Assembly: GCF_009914755.1 (NCBI RefSeq)
Contig: NC_060935.1
Reading direction: 5' to 3' (one strand)
Origin: the human T2T-CHM13v2.0 reference genome, Homo sapiens
Length of the DNA stretch: 64,000 bases
Under the pieces are notes generated by a model. It was not told the DNA's origin and ran no database searches. It was given only the letters and a program-made list of their open reading frames with translations. Position numbers and translations under genes: made by a program. Below, one piece after another: positions 16,081-30,635 of this stretch (position 1 is its first letter; each line of letters starts with the position of its first letter).

Positions 16081-16208
16081 TCAGTAGGGCTTGCTGTCAT
16101 TCTTCGAACGTTTGAGCTGCACTTTAAGCCGCTTCATGCCAATCTGAAAGCCGTTCATGGACTGGATGGCAGCTTGGGCCGAAACAGGATTGTCGTAACT
16201 TACAAAAC
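16081..16208 (-). CDS. CELF1: Last coding exon, RRM3 C-half plus basic C-terminal NLS-like motif (GFVSYDNP...[17 protein letters not shown])
   Basis: acacag|GT; TGA at 16081-16083. Confidence 0.97.
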
Positions 16209-16938
16209 CTGTGTGTCCAAGCAGAAACCTAGGTGAGGGACATAATGAGGCAAGGAGATTCTCAGTCCTCCTTATGCAAGATACCTTATGTGCTTCATCT
16301 CAAATCCCAATTTTATTCAGCAGGGACAAGAAATCTGGACATTATGTCATACGAAATAAATTAGGTTCTTAATAGTACCACTTAACAGCTACATGGTAAT
16401 TTAAAGGTTTTTTTCTTTTTCTTGAGACAGGGTCTTGCTCTGTCACCCAGGGTGGAGTACAGTGGTGTGACCATGGTTCACTGCAACCTTGGCCTCCTGG
16501 GCTCAGGTGATCCTCTCACCTCAGCCTCAAGTAGCTGGGAACACAGGTACACGCCACCACGTCTGACTAATTTTTTGTAGCCATGAGGTCTCACTCTGTT
16601 GCTCAGGCTGGTCTCGAACTCCTAGGCTCAAGCGATCCTCCTGCCTTGGCCTCCCCAAGTACTGGGACTTACAGGCACAAACCTGGACTGTTTAAAGGTT
16701 TTTTTGCAAACCATTTTCCATATATTATTTTTCTCTCTGGAGCAACAGTGTGGGTAGAAATCCTTACCTCCACTACAGCAATGAGAAACTGGGGCTCAAA
16801 AAGAGGTCATAATGACCTGCCCATGGCCAAGTTAAAACAACACCACAAACTCATATTCAGATCTTTCTGCAGTGAGCTCCTTCTTTCTCAGTGGTAAAAT
16901 ACTAATCCCATCCTGACACCAGAGAGAAGCCAACATAC

Positions 16939-17082
16939 CAAAACACTTGCTCAGGTTTGTCTGCTTGTCTATGAAAACCTTGGCAGACACGACATTCCCA
17001 AAGGGCATAAACATCTGCAGCAGGTCCTGATCACCAAACTCCTGGGGCAGGTGGTAGATGAACAGGTTGGCTCCCTCTGGAC
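16939..17082 (-). CDS. CELF1: Coding exon, RRM3 N-half ([21 protein letters not shown]...NLSKCF), 144 nt
   Basis: tattttgaag|GT; TTG|gtatgt. Confidence 0.96.
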
Positions 17083-17469
17083 CTTCAAAATACCCAGGAA
17101 TTGGAAAAGTATCAGTGTCAAACATGCTCGTCGCCCTGCACCAGTGATCTTTCATTTCCACCTATGTTAAAACTGTCACAATCCCTAAAAACAGAGATTC
17201 ATCTGGGGAACTAAACAGATTCTCTAAATACAAAGCAAGGAACCAAAGGCAAACATTAAAACAGATTCCTTCCCTCACATTCAGCCAAGCTCCATCTCAT
17301 TGAGGATGTGAGAAATTCTACCCGCAGGAGGAGGAGTGTTGGGATAATAAAGCAGGCCGACTTGTGTGTGGAGCAGGAAAACAGAGACTGTAGGCTCAGA
17401 GAGGAACACAGAAGAGGAGGTGAAAAGGGGTTATAAACAAAACAGGTTTCCAAATAATGCCTAGAAACC

Positions 17470-17680
17470 ACAGGGACAGCAAACAGATTGGTAGTTGCCA
17501 AATGCAGGGAATGACTACAAAGGGGCACGAGGGAATTTCTAGGGGTGATGGAAATGTTCCTAATCTGTGGTGATGGTTGCAGGACTAGGACTGTTTGTCA
17601 ATACTCATATAGCTGTATGCCAAAATCAGTGAGTTTCATCATATGTAAATGGGAAAATAAGAAATTAGTTTTAAAAATGC
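17470..17680 (+). mobile_element. Old L1M 3' fragment
   Basis: aaacagattggtagttgcc...ggggtgatggaaatgttc...tggtgatggttgca. Confidence 0.6.
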
Positions 17681-17704
17681 ACCCATGATTAACACTGAGC
17701 TTAA

Positions 17705-18400
<696 letters not shown>

Positions 18401-19172
18401 TTGGTTCACGCTACATTCTCCTACTACCACATCCCTAGGGGATATAAGTGATTCACAGCAGGTGAGGAGAGATGAACCAGGACTTTCTGCTGTGACAAGA
18501 GGACACTCATCTTTTTCCTACATTAGTGCTTATACCAGCTCCTGGTTATAAAAACCCAGTCAAATCTGAGCACAGAGGTGTCAGCAGGACCTTCTATTCA
18601 TGTAAGTCACCTTCAGGCCTCTTTCTGGCTAAAGAGTCTCTCCTATTTTTCTCCTAAATTGAATACCATTTGTGTCAAACGACATACTTCCCACTCCATC
18701 AACTCATGGGCCAAACTCTGTCCCATCACCCCTCAGTTTGTCTTCAATCAGGACAAACATCAATCAGAAAGTGAGGAAAATGCCAAATGATATAGCTAAA
18801 AGGGACACTGAAACAGAAGACATCCAGACAGAAGATCCTCTGATAGATTTGTAATCTGTAGAGAAGACCTCCTAACAGAAACATTCTTGTCAAATGTGTC
18901 AGACCCGATAAGGTCAGTGTCTGTTGCTTCATCTAAAAACTGCAGCCCCATCCCAAGAGGGCACACAGAGGTTCTGATTTGAGCCACATCCAGAAAACAT
19001 TTAAAAAGCAGATCACACTTCACAGGGTTTCTCAGTCTACACTTGACACTGTCAAAGAAAAACAATGGTCTGACGACCTAACTGGTTCCCTCAGCCTTTG
19101 CTCTGCCTTTCCGTTCTGGTATAGGAGGAAAACCGCCCCCCATACCTGACCCCGATCTCCCTTTGCACTCAC

Positions 19173-19358
19173 CTTCCTTCTGGCTTCCAGCAGCACCAAT
19201 ACTCTGCTGTGTCAGAAGATTCTGGTTGTACAGAGTGGGGAGCGCAGCAGCAGCATATTGCTGGATACCCGAGTAGGCCTGAGTGAGGGCCTCCATGGTG
19301 CTCCCGGTGCCATTGGAAAGGCCACTGCTGCCCAGGCCACCATTTAAAGCAGCCATTC
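19173..19358 (-). CDS. CELF1: Coding exon ([12 protein letters not shown]...AAGSQKE), 186 nt
   Basis: ctccaaccaag|GA (AAG acceptor); AAG|gtgagt. Confidence 0.96.
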
Positions 19359-20263
19359 CTTGGTTGGAGGAAGAGAAGGATTAATATACTAGAAAGACTA
19401 AACTGATGCCAAAGACAAGTCTACTTGGGACATCTAGAAGAGGGAAAACTCCAAAGTTCTCCCCTTTATCTCCCTCTTAGTTTCTCCCTGAGAAGAAACT
19501 ATCTGACTGGCTAGATTTCAGGACATTCACCAGGCCTTGCTAATGGGGACATTAAGAAATGCCATACGCGGGTGTTGTGCTCCCCATTACCTTCATCCAA
19601 TCTGTGGAATGAGAGCCTCCATTTTCTATCTGGCTATTCTGCCACTTTCTCATAATGAGCTAGAATGTCATAAAAGAAGAGGCCCAAGACTGCAAACTCA
19701 AAGGGGTACATGTGATTTCTGACAAGATGTGGGTGAACCCTACCATTAAAACAGCAACTAACAGGTACTAAGTACATTCTATGTGTCATCTACTGTACTA
19801 TGCAATGTGCTCAGCAGCACTTTACCTATGTTCTAATTTTTTTTTTTTTTTTTGGAGACAGAGTCTCACTCTGTCACCTAGGTTGGAGTTCAGTGGTACA
19901 ATCATAGCTCACTGCAGCCTCAAGCTCCCAGGCTCAAGCAATCCTCCCGGCCTCAGCCTCCCAAGTAGCTGGGACTACAGGCATGCACCACTACACCCAG
20001 ATAATTTTTGTAGAGATGGAGTTCTCACTATGTTGCTCAGGCTGGTCTGGAACTTGTGACCTAGGGTGATCCCCTGCTTTGGCCTCCCAAACTGCTGGGA
20101 CTATAGGTATGAGCCACTGTACCTGGCCTCATTTAATTTTTAACAATCCTTCAAAGTATTCTATTATTCCCACTTCAAAGATGAGAAAATGTCCTTAGAA
20201 AGGTGGTCCGAAGTTATAGCTAGCTAACGGACACAGGTGGGATTTAACTCAGGTCTGATTTAA

Positions 20264-20443
<180 letters not shown>

Positions 20444-20682
20444 TAGGGGAGACGGGGTTTCACCGTGTTAGCCAGAATGGTCTCGATCTCCTGACCTCGT
20501 GATTCGCCCACCTTGACCTCCCAAAGTGCTGGGATTAGAGGTGTGAGCCACCACACCTGGCCCTCATGATTATTTTTAACTTCACTGGGCCACTGCAATC
20601 ATTCCAGTGGTGCCCCTACCAGGGTTAAGATGTGCTACCTGCACAAAGAATAGTCTGATGACAGCCAGGTGCTGCCCCTTAC

Positions 20683-20793
20683 CTGCCAAAGAGCCAACAT
20701 TGAGGCCAGCCGTTGCTCCAGCTAATGTCTGCAGGGCTCCAAGTGAGGCTATGGGGTTGACAGAATTACTGCTGCTAGAGCTAGGTGAGGACC
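20683..20793 (-). CDS. CELF1: Coding exon, linker ([19 protein letters not shown]...GSLA); NAGNAG start 20796 adds Ala
   Basis: aatag|cag|GG; CAG|gtaagg. Confidence 0.96.
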
Positions 20794-21133
20794 CTGCTAT
20801 TAGAAAGCAAGGAGTTAAAATTCAACCCATCACTGGCATTCTCGCCAAATACAAGAAAAAGTGTCACTATCCAAGTATGCTATTTGTAAAGAGGTTTTCA
20901 GTTACTAATTCTAACAACTGTCCTTGCAGGACAGAGACAAATAATGGCCACAGCACATTGAAAATCAGGAAGATTTCTCTTAAGTACAAAAGATGACATT
21001 TGAAAATTTGTTGCTCATAATCTGACCTCTCTGGAAACAGGTGTTAACTATTTTCCCTCTCTGGACTCTGCCTTTAAACACAAAGCATCTGTCCAAGGCA
21101 CATAATGGCACACTGGGTCATCCTCATGCTTAC

Positions 21134-21262
21134 CTGAACTAGTGAGCACGCTGAGGGGACTGCTGGATGTAGTGAGAGCATTGGTACCACTTGGTGTGTT
21201 CTGAGCTGCACTAGCTGCAGCAGCTAGTGCAGCCAAATTCTGTAACTGCATTGCATTCAACC
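21134..21262 (-). CDS. CELF1: Coding exon, linker ([21 protein letters not shown]...VLTSS), 129 nt
   Basis: gttgtag|GG; CAG|gtaagc. Confidence 0.97.
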
Positions 21263-22713
21263 CTACAACATCCAAAGCAAGAGATTAGCCAGCAGATAAG
21301 GGTGCTTCATATCCATTCCAGCAATGACAAGCACACACTGGCAGAGGGCTGGTCCCTGACAAAGAGGAACTGTTCTAGATAAGCCTTACAAACAACATTA
21401 CAGGGCTCCAAAAATGATTCATGTATCACTCATTAAGAAACTTGAAATCATTTCCTCAGAGAAGAGATGGCTAATCCAATAGCATACCATGCCAAGTGTA
21501 CATTAATAAAGGTGTGGGCAATTAGGAAACCAAGAAAAACTGCCTACCATAGGGCCAGGAGCACAGGAGAACAATGCCAAAACCTACAGCACAGAATGGG
21601 ACTGCATCCAGGCCCCTCACTCACACTTTACAGGGGATTCGCTCTCTGTAATAGAGGGGAACACGCAGAAAACATGGCAGATGCAGAAGGCCCAGGAGCA
21701 AACAAGGGAGAACACAGCAGAGCAGCAATGACACAAAGAATAAAGACACTGTCACTTGAATAGCAGATTCATCACCAGAAAGAGGAGAGAGGAAAAATCA
21801 CTGAGTGAAAGACTTCCAAGTAGAGCCCAGACAACACAGTTGAAAGGGGAAGAAGGAATCTAAACTGTGCTGTCGCTGCTGCAAACCATTTACTAGACAA
21901 TGGAAAGATGGATGGGGTGAGGGGTGGGGGGAGTGGAAAGAGTAAACGAGAATTAAAATACAATACAGATTACAATCTAGCAACTTTCCAAAAATATAGC
22001 CAACTATAATTTCCTGAGACAAAGTGAATGACTATCAAAAATTTTCAAAGAGCAAAATGCAGTTCACTGAAAACTATGCCTTTCTCAAATGCACATTTGG
22101 CCTAGCCTAAATCCAATGCAGAGGGTGTAGGCACAGGCAGCTTTGAAGCTGTCCCATGCCCTACCCCCAACCGACTCCTGATGGGCCCTAGCTCAGGTTT
22201 GTTGTGGCACTCCATTTAAGTTTTCTGTGTACGATAATAGCAACAACAAAATAGGAATTCACCTAAGAAACAAGAAGATACACAGGTAAACCAAATGCCT
22301 GGGTTCTAGAAGCTTCAAGGTAGGGCATTTGCATGGAAGCCATCTTTGGCTTTTCTGCAGTCACTGGAAAAGTCACTTTATAATGGAAATAAAGAGTTCT
22401 TGCAATTTTTTCCCCTTATCAGAGAACAGCCTCAGTCTATAGGAGCTAAACAGCCCTTTTCCATATTCTTCTTCAACAGTGACCTAAAAGGTTAGGAGGC
22501 ACCAGATAACGTCAGAGCAATGTGGCATCAACTAGCCATAGAGCCACTGTATAGAGACAAGAAAATTGAGTCCTGGGATGTTTATCCTAGGTCAGGTTTA
22601 CATAATAAGCAAAAAAATGTTTTCACAGAAACGATGCCAAACTCCCAAGACTGTTGTTAGCTGGGTCTGCTGGCCTGGGTGCTGCTGCTCCTCTGCAGCA
22701 GTGAAACACTTAC

Positions 22714-22789
22714 CTCCCATTGGGTGGAGGCTGCTCAGGGTGTTGAGGTTCCCAGAGGAGGCAGTCTGCTGAAGGAGCTGCAAATAAAG
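22714..22789 (-). CDS. CELF1: Coding exon (LYLQ)[21 protein letters not shown]; alternative acceptor at 22777 removes LYLQ
   Basis: gtctag|CTTTATTTGCAG|CTC; donor GAG|gtaagt; matches the known +/-LYLQ isoforms. Confidence 0.96.
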
Positions 22790-23888
22790 CTAGACATTAC
22801 ACCAAAAAACAGAACAAGAGTGAGAGTGAGGGCTGGTTCTGCATCTGGGATAACTCTACAGCACAGCAAAGCGAGAGTGCAGAGGCCCCCAGAGAGAAGA
22901 AAGTCAAAGACAAGAACCCAAGCCAACACAACAGAAACATGAGGCTTATGACAGCACAGGACAAAAAAAAAACACAGCTAAAGCACTGGCCCAGAAGATA
23001 GTATGTTCACTGAATACTGAGCCAAGCTCAAGTCCCTGGGCAGCAGAATTCAGCACAGCAAAGGACAGAACTACAGCAGGATAATAAGCTAAACTTGAGG
23101 AGCTACGCAGTCAACTGTGATTATTGTCTGCGAATGAATGAATGCCATTTCCAGCTACCCTCTCCCAAGTTCTCCTTAGTTAGGTCCACACATCTCACTC
23201 TGCAGATTGTTTCCATCTGGATACTCAATTTCTACTTCACACAACTATTTTAAATATCAAATCTAAACATTTCATAGTATTTCTTGGAGTTACCCTTTAT
23301 TGGTCACAATGGACCACATGACTAATAATCACTCCAGCTACACATCTATCCAACCTTATTTACTTCCTCCCCTCCAAACTGGTCTTCCCTGTTGCAGATG
23401 ACCAAATGACTGATGGATTAGTCTATACCAGGTTCAGAGTACGTTCTCCTTCAATGATGGTCCCATGACAAATAAAGTAAGAGGGCCTGTCCCTGAGTTT
23501 GTGGCATTAGTTTACTTTGTATATTGGCAAACCACAACCTTCATCTAACCAGCTTGCTGAAAACTTTTGCTCCAACTAAACCCAATTAGTATTGTTTATG
23601 GAAAATTGGTATTCTTGTACAGGATCCTTTTATTCAACCTGTTTCCCATTCCTATAAACATCTGACCTGGTTTCTCTGTCGCCGCAAATCCTTCCAGGCT
23701 AGAGACCATGGATAAGTTTCAGGAGGTCTACAAACCTCCAGGAACAGAATGGGGGAAAAAATGCACCTATACACCCTTTCCCCCCGCTTCTCAAAGGATA
23801 AAAAGATAAAAACCAACTCCTCCAGGACAGTAGAGCCTGGCTAACTCAAGTCCACATAGTCCAGAAAGAACCTCATAATTAATGATGA

Positions 23889-24233
<345 letters not shown>

Positions 24234-26531
24234 TAAACACCTTGGGCTATGTGTTCAGTCCTAACTGGTGGACTGTGAATACTGTACTTGGTCCCTTCAT
24301 TTCCCTCCAAATGAGATTAGCTCTTAGGGCAGGAATCATGTCTAACCAAAACAAAGAGAACACAGCTCTCAACACATGCCATCATGTACTTGCTGGTAGT
24401 GGCAATGACAACAAAAAGGTTAACCTTCCCTAAAGGGGGGCTCCAAAAGTCTCTAAGAAAAGCAAATGCATAGCATGTAGACCATTTTCAAAGCATTATC
24501 ATTTCTGCAGATGACTAAAACCTCCCTGAATTTTCTGAACATATAAGCAATGTTTCAGCACTAAGAAACAATTTTTTCTGTTGAAATATAACCGGACCCA
24601 GTGGTTCACGCCTGTAATCCCAGAACTTTGGGAGGGCAAGGTAGGCAAATCACTTGAGGTCGGGAGTTTGAGACCAGCCTGGCTCACATAAGCAAAACCC
24701 TGTCTCTACTAAAACTACAAAAATTAGCCAGGCGTGGTGGCACATGACTGTAATCCCAGCTGCTTGCAGTTGGAGGTTGCAGTGAGCAGAGATTGCGCCA
24801 CTGTTTTCCAACCTGGGCAACAGAGCGAGGCTTCAAAACAAAACAAAACAAAACAACCCCAACTCTTTATATTTTTTTAAAAAAACTTCAGAGAAATACT
24901 AGCTAGGATAAACTGGGGTTTTTTTTTTTTTTCTTCTTCTTTTTTTTTTTTTTTTTTTTTTTTTGTGAGACAGAGTCTCGCTCTATTGCCCAGGCTGGAG
25001 TGCAATGGTGCGATCTTGGCTCACTGCAACCTCCGCTCAGTGCAACCTCCGCCTCCCAGGTTCAAGCCATTCTCCTGCCTCAGCTTCCCGAGCAGCTGGG
25101 ATTACAGGCACCTGCCACCACACCCATGTAATTTTTTTGTATTTTTAGTATAGACAGGGTTTCACCATGCTGGCCAGGCTGGTCTCAAACTCCCAACCTC
25201 AGGCGATCCACTCACCTCAGCCTCCCAAAGTGTTGGGATTACAGGCGTGAGTCACAGCGCCCGGCCTAAACTGGGATTTCTTATAAGATATTAGAAATAT
25301 GAAAACCACTGGAACTAAACCAAAATTCAGTACTGGGAGACAGAAATCAGTGCCTTTTGTCTGTTTCCATACAGAATAATACTTGAAATGATGAGGAATA
25401 AATGACTATACTAGCTATTTCTATGTGAATATTTTTGTATCATCCATACAAATCTAGTGGTTTCACCATTAATAGCCTAAGATGACCTTTTTCCTCTTTG
25501 ACTCACAAATGGGTGGTTTTAACTGTCTTGTGCTGGCCCAATTCTTTTCCATTAATAATCCCCTGTAACATATACACTGCAGACCTAGTAAATCTAAATC
25601 ACAAATTGGGGCGAGACCTTCTTTTGGACTAGACAACCTTCTTTTGGCTCACGACAACAGAGAGATCAAATTAAAGGAAGTCTATTTACAATGTAGTAAA
25701 CTTGAATATACACCTGTAATGCTCATTTAAAAATGTTCATGTTAATCTCTTGATCTCCGCCAGGCGCAGTGGCTCACACCTGTAAACCCAGCACTTTGGG
25801 AGGCCAAGACAGGTGGATCACCTGAGGTCGTGAGTTCGAGACCAGCCTGGCCAACACAGTGAAAGCCCATCCCTACTAGAAATACAAAAATTAGCTGGGT
25901 GTGATGGTGTGTGTCTGTAGTCCCAGCTACTTGGGAAGTTGAGGCAGGAGAATCACTTGAACCCGAGGTGGAGGTTGCAGTAAGCCAAGATTGTGCCACT
26001 GCACTCTAGCCTGGGTGACAGAGTGAGTGAGACTCCGTCTCAAAAAATAAATAAATAAATAAATAAATAAAGCAAAAAAAGAAAAAAAATCTCTTGATCT
26101 CTCAAGTCCGCTGAAAGAAACATTTATCATACTCTTTAGGAAAGACTCAATAAGGATTTTAATGATGCCCTCTACATCTGGTAGAAAGAGATATGGAGAA
26201 AGACACTGGTAGTTAAGATTCCCTCAGGAATTTCTTTCTTGGAGGCAAGGACACAAGATGTTTCTAAATCTTTAAAACGGGAAACCAGGAATTCACTTTA
26301 GTTGCAGCAAAAGCCTCAAGATATAACCAGAGATGCATGTCCAGAGATACATATATATAGAGAGAGAAAGAGACTAACAGGACTAAAAGAAATAGTACTA
26401 CCTGAATTTTTACATATAATTTCTATATGCCAAAAGTTGTAAATGCCACTGTGTTTGTTGGCTAGGGACAGCAGAAGAAGGAACAGCTGGGAGCTTGCAC
26501 AGTCTGCAGAAAGCAAACCACAAAGACTCAC

Positions 26532-26693
26532 TGCTAAATACTGGGGTCCAAGAGTATTTAGACCAGCAAGGTTTCCCCACACAGATGCTGCGCTGATTTG
26601 CTGCATCTGCTGCTGGAGCTGCTGGGCCATTCTCTTCTGTTCTTTGTCCTTCTGTGTATCAGCAAATTTTACCACCATGGGTGATGAGCAACC
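26532..26693 (-). CDS. CELF1: Coding exon, end of RRM2 plus Q-rich linker ([12 protein letters not shown]...GPQYLA), 162 nt
   Basis: ttcacag|GGT; GCA|gtgagt. Confidence 0.97.
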
Positions 26694-27289
26694 CTGTGAA
26701 AAGACCATAACGAAAGGGTCAAATTCCTCCATCTGAAAAGAAGAAAAAAAATCTTCCTTTTGGATGACATGCAGGTTACATTCTAATTTCATTCACTGCC
26801 AAATGATTCTCCTCATGATAGACACAAGAGAGAAGAGACTGTAATCCCAACACTTTGGGAGGCTGAGGCGGGTGGATCACTTGAGCCCAGGAATTTTAGA
26901 CCAGCCTGGGCAACATGGCAAAACGGTCGCTATTAAAAAAAAATACAAAAATTAACTGGGCGTGCTGGTGTGCACCTGTAGTCCCAGCTACTTGAGTGGC
27001 AGAGGTAGGGGGGATCACTTGAGCCTGGGTGGTTGGGGCTGCAGTGAGCCATGATATTCCCACTGCACTCCAGCCCAGGTGACAAAGTAAGACCCCATCT
27101 CAAAAAAAGGGGTAGGGAGAGCATTTCCAATACGTTAATTTTAAAGAAATCAGTGGTTTTTAACTTTAAGATGTTGGCTGTTTAACCTTCTGGGCAATCA
27201 GATGCTGCACATGCTGCTGGACTTTAATGGCCAACTGTCCCAGCATTCCCAAGCTGAGGAATTTTCCCCATCACCTATCTGCTCCCTAC

Positions 27290-27369
27290 CTCCATGGTCT
27301 GTGCTTGGTGCATTGCCTTGATAGCCGTCTGTGCCATGGCTCTTGTTGTAAAAGTCACAAATGCACAAC
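27290..27369 (-). CDS. CELF1: Coding exon, RRM2 ([27 protein letters not shown]), 80 nt
   Basis: Branch-point tactgac (27384-27390), cttaccag|GT; donor GAG|gtaggg. Confidence 0.97.
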
Positions 27370-28225
27370 CTGGTAAGAGAAGAGTCAGTAACTCATGCAT
27401 TCATTTATTTCTCTGACAAACATTAACTGAGCACCTACTATGTGCTGACTATCATGCTAGCAATACAGACACAGTCCCTGTTTTCAGGGAATCATGTGCT
27501 GGTATGTTGCAACAGGGTGATATGTGCTATAATGAAAAAACAGAACCACTGACAGAAAAAAAAAATGCTTGACAGGAGAAAGGAGGACTCATATCCTCTA
27601 GTTCCTCTTGAAAATAAAAGAAAATGGAAGAAGAAAGTATTTCCATTTTGGCATCAAGGATCTTGCAAAGCACCAAAAGAGAAAATTTTAATACATGACA
27701 ATGAAATATAGAATGTAGACTCCTTAGAGGGGCTGGGAGACAAAAAGAATGAACTGATAGGAGGAGTCAAGACAGGACATAGATATACAGCAGGAAGCAG
27801 CAGGCCCAACCTCTTTATCTTGACTGGGCCATATTGGCTAGGGAATCACTGTTGCTAGTTTCCACCGGTCAAATTAAAAAGATTCCAAGCCCGGTGCAGT
27901 GGCTCACACCTACAATCCTGGCACTTTGGGAGGCCAAGATGACAGGATCGTTTGAGTCCAGGAGTTCAAGACCAGCCTGGGCAACACAGGGAGACCTTTT
28001 CTCTATAAAAAATTTAAAAATTAGCTGGGTGTCATGATGCATGCCTGTGGTCCCAGCTACTCAGGAGGCTGATCCTGGGAGGTTCAGGCTGCAGTGAGTT
28101 GTGAAGGCACCACTGCACTCCAGCCTGGGTGAGAGAGAGCAAGACCTTGTCTCCAAAAAAAAAAAAACCCCAAACCAAACCAAAACAAAAAACCAAAAGA
28201 TTATTTAAAAGCTAAAACTACCTAC

Positions 28226-28360
28226 CTCGGCTCAGGCCATCAGGTCCCCGCAATATCCGGCATTCTTCAATCTGTCCAAACGAAGAGAACATGACTCGGA
28301 TGTCATTTTCAGTGCACTTCTTGGAAATCATACCAATAAACAGCTTCCTGTCTTCCACTG
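28226..28360 (-). CDS. CELF1: Coding exon, RRM2 ([15 protein letters not shown]...GPDGLSR); NAGNAG alternative start 28357
   Basis: cttag|cag|tgg tandem acceptor; donor GAG|gtaggt. Confidence 0.97.
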
Positions 28361-28448
28361 CTAAGAGAGTAAAACAGAAAAGACTTGAATATTACTACTT
28401 AAAGAGGCAATGTGGCACAGATTTGGGAGCCAGACCGCCTGGGTTTGA

Positions 28449-28643
<195 letters not shown>

Positions 28644-29012
28644 TAGCTGGGATTACAGGCATGCGCCAAAATGCCTGGCTAATTTTGTATTTTTAGTAGA
28701 GATGGGGTTTCTCCATGTTGGTCAGGCTGTTCTTGAACTCTCGACCTCAGGTGATCCACCCGCCTCGGCCTCCCAAAGTGCTGGGATTACAGGTGTGACC
28801 CACCACGCCCGGCTTCACGTCTCTTTTTATAACCAATGTTATCTTAAAATTATAATTAGAAGCATTTAGATGAAATATGGTAGCTTTGTAATCTTGTGAA
28901 AGTTACTCAACCATTCTGTGCCTGTTTCCTCATCTAACTAATAGGAATAATCAGGTTTACTTCAAAGGGTAGCAGTTGCTATTAAATGTGAAGTACTTGG
29001 CATCTTCCCTAG

Positions 29013-29276
<264 letters not shown>

Positions 29277-29421
29277 TGATTACAGGTGTGCGCCACTGTG
29301 CCCAGCCAGCATTGTTTGCTCTTACTGGCAATACTACTAAAGAAAGAAGAGGTTTTCACACTTGATATGACAAGTGGAAGAGAATACACCTTTCAGTGAA
29401 TGTAACTGTCTACTTTTCTGA

Positions 29422-29694
<273 letters not shown>

Positions 29695-29810
29695 TGACTA
29701 TCTTCTTGAGAATTAAGGCCAGGCGTGGTGGCTCACGCCTGTAATCCCAGCACTTTGGGAGGCCGAGGCGGGCGGATCACAAGGTCAGGAGATCGAGACC
29801 ATCCTGGCTA

Positions 29811-30117
<307 letters not shown>

Positions 30118-30243
30118 TTATAATATTTCTCTGTCAGCTCTGTTCTTCATCATACTTTTAAAGAAAAAACTGAGACAACTTAGACAACGGATTACTTAAA
30201 GCACAATTCAATTCAGATAACCTAAGAACAGCAAACAAACTAG

Positions 30244-30525
<282 letters not shown>

Positions 30526-30586
30526 TGAGCCACCGTGCCTGGCCTAGGCAGAAATCTTAAGGGGAAGATTGTATACATTTGCTTAC

Positions 30587-30635
30587 CATTGTTCTTCTCA
30601 CTGTCAGCAGGTTTCATCTGTATAGGGTGATGCAT
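30587..30635 (-). CDS. CELF1: Coding exon (MHHPIQMKPADSEKNN), 49 nt
   Basis: ttttcag|ATG ... ATG|gtaagc. Confidence 0.97.

Noticed and set aside
16832-17161. ORF reading through both boundaries of the RRM3 exon (MEMKDHW...), also 26316-26792 and 43286-43597
   Set aside because: Genomic read-through of true exons into introns; only the GT-AG-bounded parts are supported
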